36,458 bases of DNA, taken from a virus. Lineage: Duplodnaviria > Caudoviricetes. Each line of letters begins with the position of its first letter. Within the stretch, counting starts at the first letter, position 1. The notes under the pieces are model-generated. The model made no database searches and was not told the origin of the DNA. It saw only the letters and a program-made list of their open reading frames with translations. Below are positions 25,803-33,119 of the stretch, one piece after another. The stretch covers positions 1 through 36,458 of the IMG/VR virus record IMGVR_UViG_3300032318_002431; one strand, 5' to 3'. The translations under genes and the position numbers were made by a program.

Positions 25803-25956
25803 CAAAGTTATAACTTTTAAAATAATAAAAAAAATATTTAAAGAAATAATTATCAACAAAGATGTGTTAATAATTTTTTATGTAGATAAATACAACCTTT
25901 TTTGTGTTATAGAAATAAATATTTTTTTTTATTCAAAATAAAGTATTAAATTTGCA
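25803..25956. promoter_or_regulatory. Divergent promoter region
   Basis: TAACTTTG on minus (25803-25810) and TAAATTTG on plus (25947-25954) at the strand switch; palindrome at 25804-25817; inverted repeat at 25848-25875. Confidence 0.7.
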
Positions 25957-25982
25957 ATACAATTATTTAATAAAATGAATAT

Positions 25983-26393
25983 ATGGAAAAAATATTAATA
26001 GGCGGTCAAGCATTAAGAGAGTTAGGTTCAAGCCGACACACTAACGATGTTGATTATCTAATTTACGACGAAAAAAGCAACAAAATGTTTCTAAAAGACG
26101 AGGAAAAAAACACGGACTACCTTAACGCTGCGGCAAGTTCTTTTTTCAATGAAATTTTCAAAATTGAAAAAAACAACGAAATAGCAAGTGCTCAAAGTTT
26201 GCTTGAATTAAAGGCTTACAGTTGGATACAGCACCTTACCAACGGTAACTGGGCGAAAGCCGCTGATTGTGAATTTGACATGGCTTTTTTAGTTCGAGAA
26301 AAAAATGCAAAAATGCCATCAATTGTTAAAAAATATGTTTCAAAAAGCGAATTTGAAGAAATAAAAAAAGAAATTAACCAAATTAAAAAGTAA
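25983..26393 (+). CDS. Putative nucleotidyltransferase (Pol-beta superfamily motif)
   Basis: ILIGGQAL...SSRHTNDVDYLI matches the hhGG...RxTxDxD NTase signature. Confidence 0.68.
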   Translation: MEKILIGGQALRELGSSRHTNDVDYLIYDEKSNKMFLKDEEKNTDYLNAAASSFFNEIFKIEKNNEIASAQSLLELKAYSWIQHLTNGNWAKAADCEFDMAFLVREKNAKMPSIVKKYVSKSEFEEIKKEINQIKK

Positions 26394-26400
26394 TCAATAT

Positions 26401-26610
26401 ATGGAAGAAAAACTATTAGAAATTATAAATTTTTACAAAAATTATGTCAAAGAATTAGCTGAAAGCTACAAGGATATAACAACAGGCGAGGGTAAAGACC
26501 CATACGACTGGCAACTTGAGGATTTAGCTCAAGAATGTCGAAAAATAGAGTATCAAGTTATAGATCCTTTACAAGAAGTTTTAGATTTTATCAAAAAAAA
26601 TAATATATGA
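26401..26610 (+). CDS. Small acidic hypothetical protein
   Basis: 69-aa ORF, in operon, 4-bp overlap with the next gene. Confidence 0.7.
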   Translation: MEEKLLEIINFYKNYVKELAESYKDITTGEGKDPYDWQLEDLAQECRKIEYQVIDPLQEVLDFIKKNNI

Positions 26611-26870
26611 AAATGTTAACAATAATAGTATTACTACTATTAATTTCTTGCAAAAAAGAAGGAAAATTAAACCAATTGTCTTTCGAAAAAATAAATATAG
26701 TAAGTCAAGATAATTTTTGTGATTATGAAGTTTTAAGCCACAAAATTTATTTAATTAATAAAAAAACAGTATTTTTTTTAGAAATAAAAAAAGAAAAAAT
26801 TGAAAATCATATAGTTTCTGGGGAAATATTTTATAAATATCAAAACAAAGAAAAAATTAAATGCCTATGA
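26607..26870 (+). CDS. Putative lipoprotein
   Basis: Signal peptide with lipobox LLISC followed by KKE. Confidence 0.65.
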   Translation: MKMLTIIVLLLLISCKKEGKLNQLSFEKINIVSQDNFCDYEVLSHKIYLINKKTVFFLEIKKEKIENHIVSGEIFYKYQNKEKIKCL

Positions 26871-27439
26871 AAGCAATAATATTTTACAGCATAGCAATGT
26901 CTATGCTTGTTTTAACCTCTTTTTCTGTCCATGACAGAAATTTTGAATTTGAAAAAGAAAAAAAAGAAGTAATTCAAAAAAAAGTTACTAAAAAGAAAAA
27001 GACAAGAAGCCAAATAAACTTTGATTTATTTGTCGATTCTTTAGCTTTTAAAGAAAGCTCAAATGTTGTTGATACGATGCATCCACGTACTGGTTGTGTT
27101 GGCTTGTACCAATTTTGTTCAAATAGAGCATCTGATTTTAATTTAACAACAGAAAAGATAAGAAAAATGAGCGAAAAAGAGCAAAAAAAATTATTCAAAA
27201 ACCATGTTAAATCTATAAAAAAGGGACTTGGTAATCAAAATTATTTTGCTTTAAAAAAGAAAGGGTTTAGCGATGGGTCAATCATTGCTATAGCCCACTT
27301 AGGAGGAGTAACTGGGCTTAAAAAATACGCTAAGTTAGAAAATTATACTAAAGATTATGACCCTAACGACGGCAAGACAAAATTATCTGATTATGATGCA
27401 AAATACGCAAAATTTGATGGTTTTTTAAGTGAAATATAA
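26861..27439 (+). CDS. Secreted lysozyme-like / lytic transglycosylase-like protein
   Basis: N-terminal signal/TM segment; LAFKESS (catalytic Glu), GLYQF and AIAHLGG motifs. Confidence 0.72.
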   Translation: MPMKAIIFYSIAMSMLVLTSFSVHDRNFEFEKEKKEVIQKKVTKKKKTRSQINFDLFVDSLAFKESSNVVDTMHPRTGCVGLYQFCSNRASDFNLTTEKIRKMSEKEQKKLFKNHVKSIKKGLGNQNYFALKKKGFSDGSIIAIAHLGGVTGLKKYAKLENYTKDYDPNDGKTKLSDYDAKYAKFDGFLSEI

Positions 27440-27453
27440 ATAAAAAAAACAAT

Positions 27454-27804
27454 ATGAATACAGAAAAAAAAACAAAATTCTACACATACAGACAATATAA
27501 CTCGTTATGTAATTATTATTATTTCGAAGAAGAAAAAGGAATAACGAAGTATGTAATAATTGAAGCATTTGACCATATACACGCTAACGCAAGAGCAGAA
27601 GATATAGGCATTTACTTTGACGGGTCTGATAACGGAGAAGACTGTTCTTGTTGCGGAGATAGATGGTTTAGAGCAGAAGATGAGCATGGGAAGGATGTAC
27701 CTTCTATTTTTGGCAAACCTTTGCGTGATATAGAAGAATTCAGATTTAATGAATTTTGCTTTGTTCATTATTTAGACGGAAAAATTGAGAAAATTGCACT
27801 TTAA
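27454..27804 (+). CDS. Conserved phage hypothetical protein with DCSCCGDRW motif
   Basis: FYTYRQ...YVIIEA...GIYFDG...DCSCCGDRW, a pattern widespread in phages. Confidence 0.78.
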   Translation: MNTEKKTKFYTYRQYNSLCNYYYFEEEKGITKYVIIEAFDHIHANARAEDIGIYFDGSDNGEDCSCCGDRWFRAEDEHGKDVPSIFGKPLRDIEEFRFNEFCFVHYLDGKIEKIAL

Positions 27805-27821
27805 AAAAAAATAAATTGAAC

Positions 27822-28118
27822 ATGAAAAATTTTAATTTAACAACTGTCAGCCGCACTTGCGTAAGTGTATTGTTAGCGGCTGCCCTTCTTTCTTCTTGTT
27901 TGAAAGTAAAAATTGTACAGACTACGCATGATGCTAAAATTTGCGAAAACACAGTATATGTTAGTACCAATATATACACATACAAGTATGGCTTTATTGT
28001 TAATACTAAGTAGTATAGCGATTATGACGTGGTAAAAAAACATAAGTCTGATAGTGCTTTATCGGCACAATACGAGAAGGCTTATCAAGTTTTTGTCCGT
28101 TTACAAAATTGTTACTAA
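27822..28118 (+). pseudogene. Lipoprotein gene interrupted by an in-frame TAG at 28011-28013
   Basis: Lipobox LLSSC; the frame stays open for 34 more codons after TAG, to TAA at 28116-28118. Confidence 0.55.
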
Positions 28119-28126
28119 CTACAAAA

Positions 28127-28172
28127 GATCAAGCTACTTAGGGGCTATGTGGGTTCGAATCCTGCTTGCTCG
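28127..28172 (+). ncRNA. tRNA-like minihelix (T-arm plus acceptor-like stem); not a full tRNA
   Basis: GTGGG-TTCGAAT-CCTGC T-arm at 28149-28165; GATCAA/TTGCTC outer stem; no D or anticodon arm. Confidence 0.45.
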
Positions 28173-28190
28173 CTAAAAAAACAAAAAAAA

Positions 28191-28604
28191 ATGGAAAATC
28201 AAAAAGAAATTTTAAAAATGTTAAGAAAAAAGCAAAATAGTAAAGAATATAAAGAAATTCTTAAAAAAGAAGAAGAACAATTAAAGAAAAAAGAGGAAGA
28301 AGAACTTGAGACAGTAAAAGAATTTTTAAAAAAACATAAAGTTATTGACAGAGCTAATGAATTGTTTTTGGAAAATTGTTCAAGAATAGCTCATTTCGAA
28401 ATTGAATTTTATTCAGAAGATATAGGAGAATATTTAGTTCTATCTTCAAAAATCAACTATAACAAAAATATAATAAAATACTTTGAAAAACTCGGATATA
28501 ATTTGCATTTATATGAAGAATATCAAAAAAAACACAGGTTTCGCGTAGAATTATTAGAAGTAAAAAAATGGTGGCAAATATGGAAGTACATAAAAATAAA
28601 ATAA
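28191..28604 (+). CDS. Hypothetical protein with charged N-terminal coiled coil and KKWWQIWK tail
   Basis: Start likely ATG 28191 after an A-rich leader. Confidence 0.7.
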   Translation: MENQKEILKMLRKKQNSKEYKEILKKEEEQLKKKEEEELETVKEFLKKHKVIDRANELFLENCSRIAHFEIEFYSEDIGEYLVLSSKINYNKNIIKYFEKLGYNLHLYEEYQKKHRFRVELLEVKKWWQIWKYIKIK

Positions 28605-28606
28605 AT

Positions 28607-28933
28607 ATGAAAAAAATAACAGAACTTTTCTTTAAAATATTTTTCTCTGAAAGATTTGATGAAATTTTTGATCTCTCTTTTTCGATAGAAAAAAAACAAA
28701 TCTTCGTTTCTTTGATTTCAAAAAAACAAATAGACTTTGAACTTTGGTTTTATTTTGTAGATCAAAATATAGTAACCAAAGTTATTTTGGTTGAAGAAAA
28801 CAAAGAATTTATCTTCAAATCTATATTTGACGCTTTAAATTTTTGTAAAAAAGAAGATACAAATTTCTTTAATGACATTGATTTTGCCCAAGATTTTATC
28901 AATATGGAAATTTCAAAATTAAAAAAATATTGA
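28607..28933 (+). CDS. Hypothetical protein
   Basis: Start likely ATG 28607, just after the upstream stop. Confidence 0.6.
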   Translation: MKKITELFFKIFFSERFDEIFDLSFSIEKKQIFVSLISKKQIDFELWFYFVDQNIVTKVILVEENKEFIFKSIFDALNFCKKEDTNFFNDIDFAQDFINMEISKLKKY

Positions 28934-28976
28934 TTTTCAAATCTTTTTGCATTTTTTGAGAGTTCGTTTTTTTTCG

Positions 28977-28984
28977 TATATTTG
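28977..28984 (+). promoter_or_regulatory. Bacteroidota-type -7 promoter box (TATATTTG) for the + strand tail block
   Basis: TAnnTTTG upstream of ATG 28998, with TTTG at 28955-28958. Confidence 0.6.
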
Positions 28985-28997
28985 CTAAAAAAAATTT

Positions 28998-29492
28998 ATG
29001 AAATTAGATTTGGTTCAAAAAAATGAAATAGATGGGGTAAAAAATGCCTTTTACGAAAATTTAACTAGAAACAACGTAAAAAAATATTGGTTCGACATTT
29101 TGGTCGAAGAAAAAGAAACAATAGCGTTCGGGTTTGACGCTATTGAAATTTTCAAAATTCAGCAATACATGGTAACATACCATGTATCTAGAAAAAAAAA
29201 CTCTTCAAAAGAAGACGAACATACGGATGCATTTATTGATTTTAGCAAATTTTTAAACGAAAACATAATTAACCTTCAAAATTTGCTTTTCAAAAACGTT
29301 CCGCACCAAGACGTTCAAGAAAATTGGGTTAATTCAAATCAAGCGTTTAATTTTTATAAAGATTTAAACGAGTTTGAAATTCTATCTTTTTTGCAAGAAA
29401 AAGTTTATGAAATTACACAAGACGCTTATCTTTTTTATTTGAATAAGGCAAAAAAAAAAGAAACGACGAGCCTTCAAAAAGCAGAGAACTAG
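28998..29492 (+). CDS. Tail assembly chaperone (gpG analogue)
   Basis: Directly upstream of the tape measure gene; A10 slippery run near the 3' end. Confidence 0.75.
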   Translation: MKLDLVQKNEIDGVKNAFYENLTRNNVKKYWFDILVEEKETIAFGFDAIEIFKIQQYMVTYHVSRKKNSSKEDEHTDAFIDFSKFLNENIINLQNLLFKNVPHQDVQENWVNSNQAFNFYKDLNEFEILSFLQEKVYEITQDAYLFYLNKAKKKETTSLQKAEN

Positions 29493-29659
29493 AGAAATAT
29501 TTTGAGGCTTTTTATTTTTTAATAAACAGACAAAAACCAGTTGAAATAGAAGAATTACAGGATATGCCAGAGCATATTGCGGCTATATTTCAATTTATTT
29601 CACACGCTTTTGAAAATTCTTTGATAAATTTTTACAATAAAATAACACCAAATAAATGA
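28998..29659 (+). CDS. Tail assembly chaperone -1 frameshift product (gpGT analogue, about 220 aa)
   Basis: Slip in A10 (29450-29459) enters a 66-codon -1 frame ending at TGA 29657-29659, which overlaps the tape measure ATG. Confidence 0.78.
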
Positions 29660-31140
29660 ACGGAGTACAATTTGCCATTAATTTAAAAGATAACTTCGAT
29701 CAAACGCTTGAAAAAATGGACAAAAGATTCAACAAAACGTTTGATAATATGAAAAAACGATCAAAAGAGCTGTCAGAAAATTTTTCTGGCCTAGGAACTA
29801 CACTTCTAGGAGTAGGTGTTGTAGCTTTTTCAAAGAAAATAATAGACGCAACTGCTAATGTTGAAAAAATGCAAATAAGGCTTAATCAAGCATTTAAGGC
29901 TGATTTTGGCTCTGGATTTGGTAGTGAATTATATAAAGATATCGTCAAAGTTCAAGAATCTTCGGAAATCAGCAGAGATTCTTTTGTTGATTTTGCGATA
30001 AAAATGAAGGAAGTTCAAAATAGAGGTGGAGATCTTTCAGACACTTTAAGACGGCTTTCCGACATTTCGCAAGGAAATGAGGGCTCTTTTTCGACTCTTG
30101 GCGATAGCTTAACCAAGCTATCTAAAGGATTTTCGTTCACTGAAAAAGATTTGAAAAGTTTTACTTTAATGGGTTTTGATCCGCTAATCGAGATTTCAAG
30201 AGAAACTGGCGAATCGATGACAAGTCTTCATAATCGATTAAAAGAAGGAAAAATAGGCTTTGACGACATTCAAATCGCTATAAAAAAAGCAACTAGTGAG
30301 GGGGGAGATTTTGCAAATTTATCTAATCAAATTGCTGAAATTTTCGGAAACAGGCTTAACTCGCAAATAGCTAGATTTCCTGATATTTTGGCTAAAATGG
30401 GTAAGCCGCTGACAGATAAATTAGAACCATTGTTGGGATGGATAGAAAAATTTACTGATAAAATAATGAACGGAAGTATCGATTTAACAAGGTTCACAAA
30501 CGTAATGTCTAATCTGACCTTAATAACTCTTGGTTCAGTCGCTGCAATTAAAGCATTTAATTTCGTTGTTTCAATGAATCCCGTTACAAGAATGGTTACA
30601 TCTGTAGCTCTACTCGGATCATATCTATACGAAGTCGTCAATTGGAGTACGCGATTTTCAGAAATATGGAAAAATTTTGGATCTGGTAAAATTTTTGATG
30701 GAATCGCAAGTTTTGGCAAGTTAATTAGGGAAATGATAACTAAACCTATTCTTGCTTTATTTGATGCTTTAACTTCAATTATACCTGGAGAATTTGCCAA
30801 AAAAATAAATGATAGAGTTAAAGTTGCTATTGCTTCCAACGATAAATATTTTTCTCCTAAAATAGATGCGACTGAAAAAATAGATGCAACTCAAAAAGTT
30901 GAGCCAATAAAAAGAAAAACAACAACCGAATTGATCCGAGATATGGAGCAAAATCAAGACGCTGAAAATAAAACCAACCGATTAAATAGCGGCGGAATAC
31001 AGACCTTTAATTTATCAATCCAAAATTTAATTGGCATGAGCGTGGGAACGCTAGAGGGTAAAGATATAGATGCGTCCAGAGTGGCTGAAATTTTAAAAGC
31101 AGAGCTGCTAAAGCAAACCGCTCAATTAAAAGGTTTCTAA
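29656..31140 (+). CDS. Tape measure protein
   Basis: Tape-measure domain (LSDISQG, GFDPL, ATSEGGDF), helical, with hydrophobic central segments; 494 aa. Confidence 0.9.
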   Translation: MNGVQFAINLKDNFDQTLEKMDKRFNKTFDNMKKRSKELSENFSGLGTTLLGVGVVAFSKKIIDATANVEKMQIRLNQAFKADFGSGFGSELYKDIVKVQESSEISRDSFVDFAIKMKEVQNRGGDLSDTLRRLSDISQGNEGSFSTLGDSLTKLSKGFSFTEKDLKSFTLMGFDPLIEISRETGESMTSLHNRLKEGKIGFDDIQIAIKKATSEGGDFANLSNQIAEIFGNRLNSQIARFPDILAKMGKPLTDKLEPLLGWIEKFTDKIMNGSIDLTRFTNVMSNLTLITLGSVAAIKAFNFVVSMNPVTRMVTSVALLGSYLYEVVNWSTRFSEIWKNFGSGKIFDGIASFGKLIREMITKPILALFDALTSIIPGEFAKKINDRVKVAIASNDKYFSPKIDATEKIDATQKVEPIKRKTTTELIRDMEQNQDAENKTNRLNSGGIQTFNLSIQNLIGMSVGTLEGKDIDASRVAEILKAELLKQTAQLKGF

Positions 31141-31141
31141 G

Positions 31142-31708
31142 ATGAATAAAGAAAAACCGCTAATCGGGGTTATATCCGATTTGATTGATTCGCAAATTAA
31201 GAGGTTCTTGCCAGCCACTATTTCAGTCGATTTGGTTGAGATTAAAGAAGTAAACGAGACGGATTTGAATGCAAAGGTGCAAAGTTTAGAAAGTCAAGGG
31301 GAGTATTTCGTGGATTTAGTCTTGGATAAAGAAAAAAAAACAGCTTGGATAAAGCCGAAAGTAGGCTCAACGGCTTATGTTACAAGCAATAATGGTGTTA
31401 AGTTTTTTTGCCTGTATAATCAGATCGAAAAAATCGTGATAGGAGACGGAGCTAACGAGCAGGGCGTTGTTAAAATCAAAGAACAGCAGGACGAAATTAA
31501 TACCAAGCTCAAAGATAAAGTAAATGAAATTATTACTTTTTTAAACACACTAAAAACAAGCTACGTAGCCCACACCCATACAGCACCACCTGCTGGGGGT
31601 GCGACCTCTCCTTTAATCGTCCCTTTCACAGAAACACCTCCGACAAATGCACAGGCGATTGACAAGGCAAATTATGAATTACAAGATATTATTTTAACGA
31701 AATATTAA
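31142..31708 (+). CDS. Baseplate central spike (P2 gpV / Mu gp45-like)
   Basis: PKVGS OB-fold motif and C-terminal HTH (HxH metal-binding apex) followed by GGATSP. Confidence 0.8.
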   Translation: MNKEKPLIGVISDLIDSQIKRFLPATISVDLVEIKEVNETDLNAKVQSLESQGEYFVDLVLDKEKKTAWIKPKVGSTAYVTSNNGVKFFCLYNQIEKIVIGDGANEQGVVKIKEQQDEINTKLKDKVNEIITFLNTLKTSYVAHTHTAPPAGGATSPLIVPFTETPPTNAQAIDKANYELQDIILTKY

Positions 31709-31712
31709 TAAA

Positions 31713-32099
31713 ATGAGCAGTTTACGACTAAAAAAATATAATCAAGAAGAACCGTTTGATTTTGAGATTTTGAACGGCACTTTTTCTTTTTCTTCGGACA
31801 CAACGGATAAAATCACAATGGCTTTGCGTATTTCGTCGAATAATATAGTCAATGAATTAGGCGAAGATACATCTGATTTGGGCGGAGAATTGTTAATTGA
31901 CAGTGATTTTTTGCCAAAAATAGAGGATTTTATCAACACCTCATTGAACGATAATATAGATAATATCAAGAATGAGATTAAAAGTTCAATGGAATACGTG
32001 GGTGTTTTTTTGCAAGATTTGAATGTAGTAACCGAAAAAAGCGAACTTTTTATCGAAATTACGCCAGTTAATGGAGAAACTTTTCAAGTAAATTTTTAA
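31713..32099 (+). CDS. Putative gp25/gpW-like baseplate wedge (sheath initiator)
   Basis: 128 aa, acidic, DFEILNGTF N-terminal pattern; follows the spike gene. Confidence 0.55.
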   Translation: MSSLRLKKYNQEEPFDFEILNGTFSFSSDTTDKITMALRISSNNIVNELGEDTSDLGGELLIDSDFLPKIEDFINTSLNDNIDNIKNEIKSSMEYVGVFLQDLNVVTEKSELFIEITPVNGETFQVNF

Positions 32100-32102
32100 A
32101 AA

Positions 32103-33092
32103 ATGTTGAGGTTAAATTCACAAGTAACAATTGGTAATTTTCGCTTGCCGGCTATCACCGAAATAAAAATTGAAAGCAGCCGAGATCTATTGTTAGATTT
32201 TGCTTCAATTGAATTTTACGGATCAAAAAAAGATACTAAAGGTAAGAAAATATTAGATTTTATAAAGAATGGGGATGCGGTTGAAATAAAGTTAGGATAT
32301 AATGACAATTTAAAATCATATTTTAAAGGTTTTTTAACACAAATAGCTACTGGTGGAGATAAAGTAAGGCTAGACTGCTTAGACGAGGGATATGCATACG
32401 CAAACCTATCTACAACTAAGTATTACAATTTTAAGAAAACAACTTTTAAAAAACTCTTAAACCTGATCGCTCCTAAAATCCCGCTGAATGTAGTTGATGC
32501 CGAGATAGGAGATTGGGAAATTCAAAAAGATGTTCAAATTTTCGAAGTTATCGACGAAATTAAAAAAAAAATAGGCGTTTTTCCTTATTTCAGAAATGGC
32601 ATTCTGACAATGGGAGTTGCCGACATTAACGCTACTTTTACAGCAAATTTCCAGAAAAATTGCCCAAGTTCAGGCGGAGATAGTAAGTTAGAGGTAAGTT
32701 TTGGACTCAACGCTGGAACGCACGTTAAAGGAGTTAGCAGGGGGTTAACTAATAATAAAACAACTATAGTAACTAGCTATTATTCGGATAAAGGTGTAAG
32801 CTCAAGCAAGCCGAGTGGCACGGCAATAGGTACTATAGACATACCAAATTTAACATTACAAGAATTAAACGATTTGTTAAAAATAAAATATGAATCCTTA
32901 AATACTAAGGGTTTAGTAGGGGAAATAACTACTTATGGCGAACCGAGGGTAGAGCACGGAATGATCTGTAAAATACAAGATACCTATCGATCGGACATCA
33001 ATAATGCTCAGGTATATATTAACGCCGTTAATACTATATTCAACGAAAGCGAAGCGTTTAAACAAAAATTAAAATTAGGAAAATTAAAATAA
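32103..33092 (+). CDS. Baseplate hub protein (P2 gpD / Mu gp44-like)
   Basis: GDAVEIKLGY...YFKGF...CLDE and GEITTYGEP motifs. Confidence 0.82.
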   Translation: MLRLNSQVTIGNFRLPAITEIKIESSRDLLLDFASIEFYGSKKDTKGKKILDFIKNGDAVEIKLGYNDNLKSYFKGFLTQIATGGDKVRLDCLDEGYAYANLSTTKYYNFKKTTFKKLLNLIAPKIPLNVVDAEIGDWEIQKDVQIFEVIDEIKKKIGVFPYFRNGILTMGVADINATFTANFQKNCPSSGGDSKLEVSFGLNAGTHVKGVSRGLTNNKTTIVTSYYSDKGVSSSKPSGTAIGTIDIPNLTLQELNDLLKIKYESLNTKGLVGEITTYGEPRVEHGMICKIQDTYRSDINNAQVYINAVNTIFNESEAFKQKLKLGKLK

Positions 33093-33111
33093 AACCCTAA
33101 AAAATTAGGGT
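33086..33111 (-). terminator. Hairpin terminator between the convergent hub and tube genes
   Basis: ACCCTAA-AAAA-TTAGGGT (33094-33111) with an A-rich left flank, giving a U-tract on the minus strand. Confidence 0.65.
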
Positions 33112-33119
33112 CTTAAATC

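Noticed and set aside
28070-28175. Functional (suppressor) tRNA explaining the amber codon at 28011
   Set aside because: No D-arm, no canonical anticodon loop and no 7-bp acceptor stem; only the T-arm is convincing.
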